A stretch of 64,000 bases of DNA from Candidatus Multivoradales bacterium (lineage in GTDB: Bacteria > Acidobacteriota > Thermoanaerobaculia > Multivoradales > Multivoraceae). Both the position numbers and the translations under genes were made by a program. The stretch is from the NCBI GenBank assembly GCA_965223325.1, contig CBDCWI010000002.1, forward strand, positions 3,488,850 through 3,552,849, written 5' to 3'. The notes beneath the pieces were generated by a model, which saw nothing but the letters and a program-made list of their open reading frames with translations, made no database searches and was not told where the DNA came from. This document shows positions 16,505 through 29,246 of this stretch, in pieces; position 1 is the stretch's first letter, and each line of letters opens with the position of its first letter.

Positions 16505-16725
16505 GTCGACCCGCGGCCATCCTTGCGCACCCGCAAACTTTTTTTTGCTGACTCGGATCGCGTAAGTTTCCGTGCTGCGTCACCTTACGCCGAACGACAA
16601 GTGCACCTGGGATAATTTCTCTCTTCAAGACGTTCCCACGCCGTGCATCGCGTGGTATGTTGCCCCTCCTTCGCGGCGCATCCATTGATTCAGTTTGGGG
16701 AGTCGGTAGGTAACCGACAAAATCG

Positions 16726-16758
16726 TTTTTCCGCATTGAGGAAAACTCTGTGGAAAAA
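16726..16758. promoter_or_regulatory. DnaA-box-like 9-mers upstream of dnaA: TTTTCCGCA at 16727-16735 and TGTGGAAAA at 16749-16757
   Basis: These are 7/9 and 8/9 matches to TTATCCACA / TGTGGATAA. A T8 run at 16539-16546 is the most AT-rich spot in the mutY-dnaA spacer. Confidence 0.35.
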
Positions 16759-16774
16759 GACAGGTGGGGTGTAC

Positions 16775-18085
16775 ATGGCTGATTCGACGTGGATTGACCT
16801 CCTCGAGGTCATCCAGGACGAAGTACCTGCAGACGAGTTCAAGACGTGGTTTCGGCCCCTGGCCGTTGAGCACGAAGACCCGAACCGGTTGATCGTTCGA
16901 ACTCCCAGTCGACGCTTTCGCAACGTGCTCGAAGAAAGCTACCGACCGCTGGTCAACCGCGCGATTGCGGGTGTCAAGGGCCAGGCCTACGAGGTCTTGT
17001 TCTCGGTCCAGGAAGAGCCGGAACGGCGCAGTGCCGCACGGCCGAGAAGCCGAAAGGCACATGCACCGACGACCCGCTTCAACTCCAAGTACAGCTTTGA
17101 ATCGTTCGTGGTCGGTTCGTCCAATCAGTTTGCCCACGCCGCGGCGCGAGCCGTCGCAGAGAGTCCCGGTCAAAGCTACAACCCGCTCTTTCTCTACGGC
17201 GGAGTAGGACTCGGCAAGACTCACCTCCTGCACGCTGCGGGACAGGAAGTGCTGCGACGCAACCCTGGCACGCGCATTCTGTACCTGCCGGCCGAACAGT
17301 TCGTCAACGAGCTGATCAACTCGATCCGCTTTGACCGCATGCCGAAGTTCCGCGATCGCTATCGCACGATCGACGTTCTCCTGCTCGACGATGTGCAGTT
17401 CCTGGCCAACAAGGAACGTACCCAGGAAGAGTTCTTCCATACCTTCAACACGCTCTATACGAGCCAGAAGCAGATCATCCTGTCTTCGGACTCGTCGCCA
17501 CGGGACATCCCGATGCTCGAGGAGCGGCTGCGAAGTCGCTTCGAGTGGGGCTTGATCGCCGACATTCAATCTCCCGATCTGGAAACTCGAGTCGCGATCC
17601 TGCGCCGCAAGGCCGATCTGGATGGCATCGAGATGCCGCATGACCTGGCCTTGTTCATCGCCCAGCAGGTGCGCAGCAACATCCGTGAGCTCGAGGGATT
17701 GCTCAATCGGGTCGTTGCTTTCGCGTCTCTGACCGGTCGCAAGATCGATATCGAGCTGGCGCGAGAGACCTTGAAGGACATCCTGCCGCAGACCGATCAC
17801 CGAGTCACTGCCGCCAACGTCATCAAGACCGTTGCGCATCACTATGGCTTGAAGGTGCGCGAGATCAAGAGCAAGAACAACTCTCGCCAGATCGCCTTTC
17901 CGCGTCAGGTGGCGATGTTCCTGTGCAAGCGCCTCACCGACCTTTCCTTCCCGGAGATCGGTCGGCAGTTCAACGACAAGCACCACTCGACGGTGATGTA
18001 TTCGGTCGAGAAGATCGAAAAGCTGCGACAGGAAGACCGTGACCTCGACCGCACGCTCGAGCGCCTGACGCGGCAACTCGCCTAG
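16775..18085 (+). CDS. dnaA: Chromosomal replication initiator protein DnaA
   Basis: ORF 16643..18085. I trimmed it to ATG 16775, which is preceded by AGGTGGGG. Walker [12 protein letters not shown]. Domain IV signature [46 protein letters not shown]. Confidence 0.95.
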   Translation: MADSTWIDLLEVIQDEVPADEFKTWFRPLAVEHEDPNRLIVRTPSRRFRNVLEESYRPLVNRAIAGVKGQAYEVLFSVQEEPERRSAARPRSRKAHAPTTRFNSKYSFESFVVGSSNQFAHAAARAVAESPGQSYNPLFLYGGVGLGKTHLLHAAGQEVLRRNPGTRILYLPAEQFVNELINSIRFDRMPKFRDRYRTIDVLLLDDVQFLANKERTQEEFFHTFNTLYTSQKQIILSSDSSPRDIPMLEERLRSRFEWGLIADIQSPDLETRVAILRRKADLDGIEMPHDLALFIAQQVRSNIRELEGLLNRVVAFASLTGRKIDIELARETLKDILPQTDHRVTAANVIKTVAHHYGLKVREIKSKNNSRQIAFPRQVAMFLCKRLTDLSFPEIGRQFNDKHHSTVMYSVEKIEKLRQEDRDLDRTLERLTRQLA

Positions 18086-18424
18086 CTCGCGCCACCCGAA
18101 GGTGATCTCGCCAACCCTCGCTGCTGCCGGGGCCGCCCAACCCTTGAGGCTGGGCCGCGCCTCAGCGCATCCACCGCCGCGGTAAAGGTGGTGGAAAGCC
18201 TGTTGATAAAAGGGTCGGGCTGCGGAGGGCCTCAGCAATCCACATTCCTTCCGCATTTCATCCGCTCGTTCTCCGCAGGCTCTCCGCTGCCGGGTAAACA
18301 GTTCGCCCCTCGCTCAACTCACTCAGCCGGCGGTTCTTGCAGGATCGCTCCGAACTCTCCACCGCACCTACTCCTCCTACTACGACTACCTATATAGTCC
18401 CGTTCACTGAAAGGAGAGGGACCC
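18086..18424. other. dnaA-dnaN intergenic region, candidate oriC or part of it
   Basis: TGTTGATAA at 18201-18209 (8/9 to TGTGGATAA). CAATCCACA at 18236-18244 (7/9 to TTATCCACA). CATCCACCG at ~18169. A short AT-richer patch ctacctatatag near 18388-18399. The position between dnaA and dnaN is the classical oriC site in many bacteria. Confidence 0.35.
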
Positions 18425-19522
18425 ATGGAACTGCGGATCGATCGAGCCGAATTGCTCACCGAGCTCGCCCCGATGCAGGGAGTCGTGGAGCGTAAATCGA
18501 CGATTCCCGTTCTGTCTCACCTGCTGCTGCGGGTGCGCGACGGCAAGCTGCACCTGGCTGCCACTGACCTGGACGTGTCGCTGACGTCCTGGTGTGAGGC
18601 AGACGCCCAGAGCGAAGGAGCTGTTGCAGTTCAGGCTCGCAAGCTGGTCGAGATCGTGCGCGCAATGGCCGGCGACCAGATCCATCTGGCGCTCGAAGAC
18701 GGCAACCAGCTGCGTATTCGTTCCGGTGCTTCGGATTTTCGGATTCACGGGCTGTCTGCTGATGATTTTCCAAGCCTGCCCGAGGTGGGTGATGGCCCCG
18801 CGTTCAGTATTCCGGGCGTCGAGTTCAAGCGCCTGGTGTCGAAGATCTTGTTTGCGGTCTCGGCAGAGGAGTCACGCTTCCAGCTCAACGGTGCGCTCCT
18901 CAAGCTCAAGGGCGGTGGCGTTGAGATGGTGGCCACCGACGGTCACCGGCTGGCGCTCGTTGAAGCCGCCGAGGATGGCGCCAAAGAAGCCGAGGGGGTT
19001 CTGGTGCCGCGCAAGGCGCTTCAGGAGTTACAGCGCTTCGAGAGTGGCGAAGACGTGACCTTCCGGCGTTCTGAGCATCACCTTTCGTTCGCCGTCGGTC
19101 GCCGCGAGTTGATTTGTCGCATCCTCGAAGGCACCTTCCCGGACTACGAGAAGGTGATCTCAAAGGACAACGAACACATCGCCGTGTTCGAGAAGAGTTC
19201 GCTGGCCGACGTCGTCAGCCGCGTGGCGCTTCTGACCGGCGATCGGGCGCGAGCTGTACGCCTGCGCTTCGGTGAAGGTCAGCTCCAGGTTTCGGCACAG
19301 AATCCCGACCTCGGCGAGGCAAAAGAGGAGCTCGAGTGCAGCTACTCCGGGCCCGAGATCGAAATCGGCATCAACCCGGACTATCTGGGCCAGTTCCTCC
19401 AGGCCGTCGAGACGGACAAGGTCGAACTGCAGCTCAAGGACGAGCAGTCACAGTGCGTCGGCGTGCCGGTCGAAGGCGCGGATGCGCGCTACCTGTGCGT
19501 CATCATGCCCATGCGCATCTGA
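18425..19522 (+). CDS. dnaN: DNA polymerase III beta sliding clamp
   Basis: MELRIDRAELLTELAPMQGVVERKSTIPVLSHLLL... is a classic DnaN N-terminus. RBS GAAAGGAGAGGG. Gene order dnaA-dnaN-recF. Confidence 0.95.
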   Translation: MELRIDRAELLTELAPMQGVVERKSTIPVLSHLLLRVRDGKLHLAATDLDVSLTSWCEADAQSEGAVAVQARKLVEIVRAMAGDQIHLALEDGNQLRIRSGASDFRIHGLSADDFPSLPEVGDGPAFSIPGVEFKRLVSKILFAVSAEESRFQLNGALLKLKGGGVEMVATDGHRLALVEAAEDGAKEAEGVLVPRKALQELQRFESGEDVTFRRSEHHLSFAVGRRELICRILEGTFPDYEKVISKDNEHIAVFEKSSLADVVSRVALLTGDRARAVRLRFGEGQLQVSAQNPDLGEAKEELECSYSGPEIEIGINPDYLGQFLQAVETDKVELQLKDEQSQCVGVPVEGADARYLCVIMPMRI

Positions 19523-19610
19523 TTCACACGCCTCCCCTTCCAGACCACGCGAGCGCGGCAGTGACTTCGGTGCAAGATGACCGGAGTCTCGGAGCGGACG
19601 GTGGGTTCGA

Positions 19611-20720
19611 ATGGCGCGCGTTGACGCCCTGACGGTCCGCGGGGTGCGCAACCTCGCCGACCAGGAGTGGCAGCCGGGTGCCGGTGTCCAGCTGCTGCTC
19701 GGTGGAACCGGAGCGGGCAAGACGAGCCTCCTCGAGGCTCTCTACATCGTCGCCACGACCCGGAGCTTCCGGGCACAGCGTCTAGCCGACGTCCAGCGGC
19801 GCGAAGGCGCCCAGGAAGCGCCAACTTCGGAGCAGCAACCGGCAGAAGGCCTCTTTGTGCGTGCCGAGGTCCACGACGTCGGTCGGCGTACACGTCTCGA
19901 GACGGGCTGGAGCCGCAGAGCGGGTCTCGTGCGGTCGGTCAATGGGGACTCCTCGACCCTGGCTGAGCACCTGGCGGTCCTGCCGGTGCTCTGCTGGACC
20001 TCGGCCGATTCCGAAACCCTCACCGGCGAACCCGAGCTGCGTCGGCGGCTCATGGACCGTGGAGTGGTCAACAAGCGCCCCCTTGATCTTGAACTGCTCG
20101 GTCGCTACCGGACGGTGCTTCAGCACAAACGCGGACTGCTCGAGCAACGCGGAGGCGGTCTGGAGGCCTGGAACGGCGTTTTCGCCTCGGCTGCGTCTGC
20201 TCTGGTGGCAGCGCGCGCGGCATATGTTGCAGACCTCGAGCGAGCGTTCTCCGGCGTTCTGGCTGCCACCTCGTTGGGGTGGGATCCCATGCAGTTCGAG
20301 TATCAACCCTCGCCTCGCGAGGCGCTCGACGGCGAAGAGGCGCTTCTGGCAGCTCTGGAAGCCGCGGCGGGCCGCGAGCGCGACGAGCGCCGGCCGCTCC
20401 TCGGGCCGCATCGAGACCGCCTCAAGCTGGTCTGGAAGGGCGAAGAGCTGCGCCGAGTGGCCTCGGCGGGAGAGCGCAAAGGAATCGGCCTCCTGCTTCT
20501 GGCAGCCCAGGCGCGGCTACTCCGGGAAGCCCAGCGGACCCCCATCCACCTCCTGGATGACGCCGATACCGAGCTCGACCGCGACTCCCTCGAGGCCCTC
20601 TGGCAGGTGGTCACCGAGGCCGATCAGACCTTCGTCACATCGAACCGCGGAGGGGTCTGGAAGGGGCTTTTGACGGCGCAGACCTGGAGGGTCGAAAAAG
20701 GGCGAATTTCAGGGGAATAA
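19611..20720 (+). CDS. recF: DNA replication and repair protein RecF
   Basis: Walker A LLLGGTGAGKTSLLEALY. SMC-like signature and a D-loop near the C-terminus (IHLLDDADTELD). Confidence 0.9.
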   Translation: MARVDALTVRGVRNLADQEWQPGAGVQLLLGGTGAGKTSLLEALYIVATTRSFRAQRLADVQRREGAQEAPTSEQQPAEGLFVRAEVHDVGRRTRLETGWSRRAGLVRSVNGDSSTLAEHLAVLPVLCWTSADSETLTGEPELRRRLMDRGVVNKRPLDLELLGRYRTVLQHKRGLLEQRGGGLEAWNGVFASAASALVAARAAYVADLERAFSGVLAATSLGWDPMQFEYQPSPREALDGEEALLAALEAAAGRERDERRPLLGPHRDRLKLVWKGEELRRVASAGERKGIGLLLLAAQARLLREAQRTPIHLLDDADTELDRDSLEALWQVVTEADQTFVTSNRGGVWKGLLTAQTWRVEKGRISGE

Positions 20721-20732
20721 CCCCTTTGTTTT
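20711..20732 (+). terminator. Weak intrinsic-terminator-like hairpin at the recF stop
   Basis: aggggAATAAcccct followed by ttgtttt. The TAA stop is in the loop. Confidence 0.3.
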
Positions 20733-20747
20733 CAAGCACTTAAACCC

Positions 20748-20777
20748 TTGTAAAACAGCAGTTTCACGTGCTAGAAT
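20748..20777 (+). promoter_or_regulatory. Candidate sigma-70-type promoter for gyrB: TTGTAA - 18 bp - TAGAAT
   Basis: ttgtaa at 20748-20753 and tagaat at 20772-20777 lie in the AT-richer recF-gyrB spacer, about 290 bp upstream of the gyrB ATG. Confidence 0.35.
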
Positions 20778-20933
20778 AGGGGCCTACCTCGAGCGGGCTC
20801 AAACGGGTCTCGGAAGGGTCGATCCGGGGCCTTCTGGGGTCTCAAAAGCGGTGGTCTCAAGGGCGCCCTGGAGCTCTGGGCGAACCTCCCATCGATGGCT
20901 TCTCCAGGCATTGGGGAGGTCGAAGAATCCTAG

Positions 20934-23555
<2,622 letters not shown>

Positions 23556-23558
<3 letters not shown>

Positions 23559-23584
23559 TTCTTGTGGTGAAACCACAAGAATCA
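23556..23584 (+). terminator. Perfect 13-bp-stem hairpin overlapping the gyrB stop codon: tgattcttgtggt-gaa-accacaagaatca
   Basis: The two arms are exact reverse complements. The downstream sequence atatgtcttt is only weakly U-rich. The 3' arm is also the first 13 nt of repeat copy 1. Confidence 0.4.
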
Positions 23585-23763
23585 GATATGTCTTTCCCCC
23601 CCAGCCCCCGAATGGGGGGCCCGGAGTTCACTTCGTCGCGCCTTCTTTTGGTGGTGAGTCCTTGAATGTTTGATGGGTTCCAAGTTCGTTCGGCGTGCAA
23701 CCACAAGAATCAGATGCGTCTTTCCCCCCCAGCCCCTATAAGGGGGCCCGGAGTTCACTTCGT
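23571..23763 (+). repeat. Two copies (23571-23636 and 23698-23763) of a ~66-bp element, each with an internal C-run/G-run hairpin. A third accacaag seed lies at ~23797.
   Basis: Copy 1: aaccacaagaatcagatatgtctttcccccccagcccccgaatggggggcccggagttcacttcgt. Copy 2: caaccacaagaatcagatgcgtctttcccccccagcccctataagggggcccggagttcacttcgt. Period 127 bp. The copies differ mainly in the hairpin loop (gaat versus tataa). The shadow ORFs 23518..23706 and 23582..23803 share EVNSGPP.RG.GGK because of this repeat. Confidence 0.8.
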
Positions 23764-23811
23764 GGCCACCCATCAGAACCCTCTTTCCCACCACCTTGAC
23801 CACAAGCCCTT

Positions 23812-26367
23812 ATGAGCGAATCTGACGCTAAGGATCCTTCGGGATCGCCCCCACCTGAACCTCCCCTCGAGACGACGATCCCTGTCGATCTCGAGGATGA
23901 GATGAAGCGTAGTTATCTCGACTATGCGATGTCGGTCATCGTCGGTCGGGCGTTGCCTGATGTGCGCGATGGGTTGAAGCCGGTTCATCGCCGGGTGCTG
24001 TTCGGTATGTGGGAGCAGGGCAATCTGGCGAATCGGCCGTACAAGAAGTCGGCGCGCATCGTTGGTGATGTCATGGGTAAGTACCACCCGCATGGCGACA
24101 ACGCGATCTACGACACGGTGGTGCGTATGGCGCAAGACTTCTCGCTGCGCTATCCGATGGTCGATGGGCAGGGCAACTTCGGGTCGGTGGACGGTGACAA
24201 CCCGGCGGCTATGCGCTACACCGAAGTGCGCATGACGCGCCTGGCGCAGGAGCTTCTGCGCGAGGACATCGACAAAGAGACCGTCGACTGGATTCCGAAC
24301 TACGACGGCTCGGAGCAGGAGCCCGCGGTTCTGCCGGCGCGCTTTCCGAGCCTCCTGGTCAATGGGTCGGCGGGTATTGCGGTGGGCATGGCCACCAACA
24401 TTCCGCCCCACAACCTCACCGAAGTCATTGCGGCGCTCAAGTTGATGATCGAGAACCCGCAGGTGACGCTCAAGGAGTTGATGGAGGCTCTGCCGGGGCC
24501 CGACTTTCCGACCGGCGGCACGATCAGCGGTGCGGCGGGTATTCAGAGCGCCTACGCCACCGGTCGCGGCACGGTGATCATTCGCTCGAAGGCGCACTTC
24601 GAGGAGCGGAAGGGCGACCGGGAGTCGATCGTCGTCACCGAGATCCCCTACCAGGTCAACAAGGCGCGCCTGATCGAGAAGATCGCCGACCTGGTGCGCG
24701 ACAAGCGCATCGAGGGCATCTCCGACCTGCGCGACGAGTCAGACCGCGATGGCATGCGCATCGTCATCGAGCTCAAGCGTGGTGTGATCGCCGATGTCAT
24801 CCTCAACCAGCTCTACAAGATGAGCCAGCTGCAGGTCTCGTTCGGCATGAACATGTTGGCGATCGTCGACGGCCAGCCCAAGCTGCTTGCCTTGCCAGAC
24901 TTCTTGCGGCACTTCCTCGACCACCGCAAGACGGTGGTCATTCGGCGGGCACGCTACGACCTTAGAAGAGCCGAGGAGCGCGCCCACATCTTGGAAGGGC
25001 TGCTCAAGGCGCTCGACCACATCGACGAGATCATCACCACGATTCGCCAGAGCGCCACTCCGCCCGAGGCCAAGGAAAGCCTCATCGAGCAGTTCGCGTT
25101 CAGCGCGGTTCAGGCGCAGGCGATTCTCGAAATGCGTTTGCAGCGCCTGACCGGTCTCGAGCGCGATAAGTTGCTCGAGGAGTTCCAGACCCTTATGGCC
25201 GAGATCGAGCGACTACGCGCCATTCTCGGATCCGACCAGCTGGTGCTCGAGGAGATCAGCCGCGAGCTCGACGAGATCCTCGAGGCCTACGGCGACGAAC
25301 GGCGATCCGAGATCGTTGCGACGACCGACGAGATCACCATCGAAGACATGATCGCCGACGAAGACATGGTGGTCACGGTCTCGAACTCGGGCTATATCAA
25401 GCGCACGGCGCTCTCCGAGTACCGCGCCCAGGGGCGCGGTGGCAAGGGTCGCAAGGGCATGCAAACCAGGGATGAGGACTTCGTCGCCCACGTCTTTGTC
25501 GCTTCGGCGCACAGCTACCTCCTCGTGATTACCGACCGCGGTCAGATCTACTGGCTCAAGGTCCATCGCATTCCCGAGGTCGGGCCGGCGGCGCGCGGCA
25601 AGGCGATCGTCAACCTGCTGCAGCTCGACGAGGAGAAGCTCGCTGCCGTCGTCGCGGTCAAGGAGTTTCCCGAAGATCGCTACCTCGTGTTTGCGACCGA
25701 GAAAGGCACGATCAAGAAGACCCCGCTCTCGGCCTACTCGCGACCGCGCCCGAGTGGAATCATCGCCATCCGCATTGACGACGACGACTCGCTTCTCAGC
25801 GTGCGCGTAGCCGATGGAGGTACCGACGTCTTCATGGCCACTGCGGCAGGCTACTCGGTGCGTTTCCCCGAAGACGACACCCGCGCCATGGGCCGCGTCG
25901 CGCGGGGTGTGCGCGGCATCAAGCTGCGCGAAGGCGACCGGGTGGTGTCGATGGAGGTGCTCGAGGCCGAGGGCGACATTCTGACCGTTACCGAGAACGG
26001 TTACGGAAAGCGCACCCTCATGAGCGAGTACCGGCGCCAGGGTCGTGGTGGCCTGGGAATCATCAACCTCAAGGTCTCCGAAAAGACCGGGCAGGTTGTT
26101 GGCGCACGACAGGTCCTCGAGGAACAAGGCGCCATGCTGATCACCGAGGAAGGAAAGATCATTCGCATTACCGCGAGCGACGTTTCGAGGATCGGGCGCT
26201 CGACCCAGGGCGTCAAGGTCATGGACCTCGATGAGGGCGACACCCTGGTGGCGATGGCGAAGATTCCGGAGACCGAAGACGAAAACGAGGAAGGTTCTTC
26301 CGAGGAGCGTGCTTCCGAGGAGGGCGCGCCAGACGCTCCCAACGAGCCCGACGAACCGGTCAACTAG
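23812..26367 (+). CDS. gyrA: DNA gyrase subunit A
   Basis: The QRDR-region block [20 protein letters not shown], the active-site Tyr context ([10 protein letters not shown]) and the C-terminal beta-pinwheel repeats are present. Confidence 0.95.
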   Translation: MSESDAKDPSGSPPPEPPLETTIPVDLEDEMKRSYLDYAMSVIVGRALPDVRDGLKPVHRRVLFGMWEQGNLANRPYKKSARIVGDVMGKYHPHGDNAIYDTVVRMAQDFSLRYPMVDGQGNFGSVDGDNPAAMRYTEVRMTRLAQELLREDIDKETVDWIPNYDGSEQEPAVLPARFPSLLVNGSAGIAVGMATNIPPHNLTEVIAALKLMIENPQVTLKELMEALPGPDFPTGGTISGAAGIQSAYATGRGTVIIRSKAHFEERKGDRESIVVTEIPYQVNKARLIEKIADLVRDKRIEGISDLRDESDRDGMRIVIELKRGVIADVILNQLYKMSQLQVSFGMNMLAIVDGQPKLLALPDFLRHFLDHRKTVVIRRARYDLRRAEERAHILEGLLKALDHIDEIITTIRQSATPPEAKESLIEQFAFSAVQAQAILEMRLQRLTGLERDKLLEEFQTLMAEIERLRAILGSDQLVLEEISRELDEILEAYGDERRSEIVATTDEITIEDMIADEDMVVTVSNSGYIKRTALSEYRAQGRGGKGRKGMQTRDEDFVAHVFVASAHSYLLVITDRGQIYWLKVHRIPEVGPAARGKAIVNLLQLDEEKLAAVVAVKEFPEDRYLVFATEKGTIKKTPLSAYSRPRPSGIIAIRIDDDDSLLSVRVADGGTDVFMATAAGYSVRFPEDDTRAMGRVARGVRGIKLREGDRVVSMEVLEAEGDILTVTENGYGKRTLMSEYRRQGRGGLGIINLKVSEKTGQVVGARQVLEEQGAMLITEEGKIIRITASDVSRIGRSTQGVKVMDLDEGDTLVAMAKIPETEDENEEGSSEERASEEGAPDAPNEPDEPVN

Positions 26368-26458
26368 CGGCGCCTTGGCGCTCCCGGCCAGCCTGAGGCC
26401 CTGATACCCTCGGCTCCGTTCCTCCCATGTCCAGACAACCGAAGGAGACGGAGACCAA

Positions 26459-27115
26459 GTGCTCTTCTTTCTCGACACTGCGGATCTTGAAGAAATCGAG
26501 ACCGGCCTCTCCTGGGGCATGGTCGACGGCATCACGACCAACCCGAGCCTGATCGCCAAACAGGGCAAGCCCTATCTGCCGACCGTCAAGGCGATCACCG
26601 AACTCGTGCCCGGCCCGGTCAGTGGCGAGGTGCTGGCGACCGACGAGGAAGGCATGCTCGACCAGGGCCGTCGGCTGGCGGGGCTTGCCGACAACGTGGT
26701 CGTCAAGCTGCCCCTTGGGCCGGTGGGCTTGAAGGTCGCTCAGCAGCTGCACGAAGAGGGCGCGAGAACCAACGTGACGCTCTGTTTCTCGGCCAACCAA
26801 GCGCTCCTGGCAGCCAAAGCCGGTGCAACCTACATTTCGCCCTTCGTCGGTCGTCTCGATGACGTTGGCCACGACGGAATGGAGCTGATTCGCGAGATCG
26901 TCCAGATCTACTCGAACTACAACTACCCAACGCAGGTCCTGGTGGCCTCGGTGCGCAACCCGCTGCACGTCACCCAGGCAGCCCTGATGGGCGGCGACGT
27001 GGTGACCATCCCGTTCAAGGTCCTCTCACAGCTCTACAAGCACCAGCTCACCGACCTCGGGCTCGACCGCTTCCTCGCCGACTGGGAGAAGACCGGCCGC
27101 AGCTTCGACGACTGA
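26459..27115 (+). CDS. tal: Short-form transaldolase / fructose-6-phosphate aldolase family protein
   Basis: GTG start preceded by GAAGGAGACGGAG. LFFLDTADLEEI N-terminus. Schiff-base lysine context VVVKLPL. About 218 aa. Confidence 0.8.
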   Translation: MLFFLDTADLEEIETGLSWGMVDGITTNPSLIAKQGKPYLPTVKAITELVPGPVSGEVLATDEEGMLDQGRRLAGLADNVVVKLPLGPVGLKVAQQLHEEGARTNVTLCFSANQALLAAKAGATYISPFVGRLDDVGHDGMELIREIVQIYSNYNYPTQVLVASVRNPLHVTQAALMGGDVVTIPFKVLSQLYKHQLTDLGLDRFLADWEKTGRSFDD

Positions 27116-27123
27116 CGAGAACC

Positions 27124-27846
27124 TTGATGGAAGCGCACGAGCGCTTCGAAGGCGGCCAGCTCTATCGCGCGGCCTGGGTCTTCTACCTGCTGCTGGCGAC
27201 TGCCGGGATCGTCTGGGTCGGCCTGCGCGAGGGCCCGATTCCAGTCGAGCTCTTCTTCGACTCGTCTCGTTGGTGGATCGACCTGGCGCTCGGTGTTCTC
27301 GTCGGCGCTCTTCTCATCGGCTTCTCGTGGGGTGCGGAAGCCGTCGTGCCCGCCGCGCGCGGGCTGCGCGACATGCTGGTCGCGCGGCTGGGCCGGCTTC
27401 CTTCCGACGAGGTCCTCGGCATCGCCGTGCTCTCCGGTTTCGCCGAAGAACTCTTCTTTCGGGGCGCCGTACAGGGGTCGCTCGGGTTATTGTGGGCGAC
27501 GCTTCTGTTCGCCGTGCTACACGCCGGTCCCGGCCGCGGCATGGTCGCGTGGGCGCTCTTTGCAGCCGTCGCAGGCTTGGCCTTCGGTGGCATCATGGAG
27601 TGGACGGGCAACCTGCTTGCCCCGGTCACGGCCCACATGCTGGTCAACGCAGTGGGCCTGTGGCGCCTGGGCCGGCTGGCCGAGGAAGGCGTATCGCCCG
27701 AGGGCGCGGCGGAGTTCCCAGAGGCAGGGCCCTCGGAGACGGAACCTTCGGACACAGAACCCTCGGAGAGGGCACCCTCGGAGAACGGGAGAGAGGGCGA
27801 GAACACGACTTCGAGACAGGGAGAGGCCGATGACAGAGACCCATGA
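27124..27846 (+). CDS. CPBP-family (CAAX protease / Abi-like) intramembrane metalloprotease with a Glu/Pro/Ser-rich repetitive C-terminal tail
   Basis: Motifs EELFFRG (EExxxR), LFAVLHAGP (FxxxH) and HMLVN. Multiple TM segments. The tail reads PSETEPSDTEPSERAPSENGREGE. Confidence 0.75.
   Translation: MMEAHERFEGGQLYRAAWVFYLLLATAGIVWVGLREGPIPVELFFDSSRWWIDLALGVLVGALLIGFSWGAEAVVPAARGLRDMLVARLGRLPSDEVLGIAVLSGFAEELFFRGAVQGSLGLLWATLLFAVLHAGPGRGMVAWALFAAVAGLAFGGIMEWTGNLLAPVTAHMLVNAVGLWRLGRLAEEGVSPEGAAEFPEAGPSETEPSDTEPSERAPSENGREGENTTSRQGEADDRDP
27730..27789 (+). repeat. Four tandem 15-bp units (ccctcggagacggaa / ccttcggacacagaa / ccctcggagagggca / ccctcggagaacggg) encoding the CPBP C-terminal tail
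   Basis: Direct reading of the sequence. The repeat is in frame (15 = 5 codons). Confidence 0.8.
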
Positions 27847-29227
27847 CATCCTCGAACGGCTCGCGGGCCACGAAGAGCAGCACCTCGAGACGCTCCTCGA
27901 CTACCTTCGTATTCCCTCTGTCTCGACGGATCCGGCCTACCGAGACGACGTTCGCCGCTGTGCTGGTTTCGTTCGTGACCAGATGATCGCCGCCGGGCTC
28001 GAGGCGCGCATCATCGAAGCCTCCGAGGCGGGAGTGCCCGAGGGGCACCCGCTCGTCTACGGTGAGTGGATGGGCGCACCCGGGAAGCCAACGCTCCTGT
28101 TCTACGGCCACTACGACGTGCAGCCGCCCGACCCTCTCGATGCGTGGGACAGCCCGCCCTTCGAGCCAACCATCACCGACGGCCGGATCGTTGCTCGCGG
28201 CGCGACCGACGACAAGGGGCAGTCGCTGACCCACGTCCTGGCGGTGGGCGAGTTGCTGTCGGCGCGCGGTGAGTTGCCAGTCAACGTGCGCTTCCTGGTC
28301 GAGGGCGAAGAAGAGGCCGGCGGCGAGACCATCGAAGCCTGGGTGCGTGGAGCCGGTCGCGACCGCCTCGAGGCCGATGCGGTCGTGGTTTCCGACACCT
28401 CAATGCTCGCTCCCGGCTGGCCGTCGCTCATCTACGGCCTGAAAGGCATGCTCTACACCCAGATCGACGTACGCGGGCCGAACCGGGACCTGCATTCGGG
28501 TAGCTTCGGAGGGGCGGTACAGAACCCCGGTAACGCCCTTGCGACGATCGTCGGCGCCTTGCGCGACCCGCACACCGGCCGCGTCCAGATCCCCGGCTTT
28601 TATGACGACGTTCTGCCGCTCGAAGACTGGGAGCGCGAAGGCTTTTCTGCCATCGAGTTCGACGAGGAGGCCTACTGCGCCGAGATCGGTATACCGGTTG
28701 CTACCGGCGAACGCGGCTACAGCACGCGCGAGCGCGCCTGGGCGCGGCCGACCTGTGACGTCAACGGCATGTGGGGTGGGTACTCGGGCGAAGGTGCCAA
28801 GACAATCATCCCGGCAAGCGCCGGCGCCAAGGTGTCGATGCGGCTCGTTCCCGGTCAAGACCCAGAGAAGATCGAGCGCCTCTTTCGCTCCTACGTCGAA
28901 GCGTTGACACCTGACGGCGTAGAAGTCGAGGTGACGGCGCTTTCGGCGGCCGAAGCGGTGCTCGTCGACGTCCAGGGGCCGATCGCCGAGGCCGCTCTTT
29001 CCGCCCTCGAAGACGAATGGGGGCGCGCCCCGGCGAAGGTTCGCGAAGGCGGCTCGATTCCGATCGTCGGCGACTTTGCACGCGAACTCGAAGCACCTGT
29101 CTTGCTGATGGGCTTCGGCCTTTCCGACGATCGACTGCATGCGCCCAACGAGAAGTTCGAGGTCGCGCACTTTCACGCCGGGATTCGCACCATCGCGCGC
29201 TTTATCGATCGGGTTGGTGCTCTCTGA
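27830..29227 (+). CDS. M20-family metallopeptidase (dipeptidase / succinyl-diaminopimelate-desuccinylase-like)
   Basis: ORF 27293..29227. I trimmed it to ATG 27830 (MTETHDILERL...). The RBS is GGGAGAGG. There is a 17-bp overlap with the CPBP gene. M20 metal ligands: HYDVQP, GATDDKG, EGEEEAGG, SIP...H. Confidence 0.8.
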   Translation: MTETHDILERLAGHEEQHLETLLDYLRIPSVSTDPAYRDDVRRCAGFVRDQMIAAGLEARIIEASEAGVPEGHPLVYGEWMGAPGKPTLLFYGHYDVQPPDPLDAWDSPPFEPTITDGRIVARGATDDKGQSLTHVLAVGELLSARGELPVNVRFLVEGEEEAGGETIEAWVRGAGRDRLEADAVVVSDTSMLAPGWPSLIYGLKGMLYTQIDVRGPNRDLHSGSFGGAVQNPGNALATIVGALRDPHTGRVQIPGFYDDVLPLEDWEREGFSAIEFDEEAYCAEIGIPVATGERGYSTRERAWARPTCDVNGMWGGYSGEGAKTIIPASAGAKVSMRLVPGQDPEKIERLFRSYVEALTPDGVEVEVTALSAAEAVLVDVQGPIAEAALSALEDEWGRAPAKVREGGSIPIVGDFARELEAPVLLMGFGLSDDRLHAPNEKFEVAHFHAGIRTIARFIDRVGAL

Positions 29228-29246
29228 GTCGCCGAGGAAGACGCTC

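Noticed and set aside
16539-16546. T8 run (gcaaacttttttttgctg) considered as an intrinsic terminator
   Set aside because: No GC-rich stem precedes it, and no gene ends upstream of it on either strand. It is more plausibly an AT-rich unwinding or regulatory element of the origin-proximal spacer, and is noted under the oriC finding.
27293-27829. N-terminal 179-aa extension of ORF 27293..29227 overlapping the CPBP gene in another frame
   Set aside because: The M20 peptidase homology begins at ATG 27830, which has a good RBS. The upstream part is Arg-rich shadow sequence of the CPBP gene.
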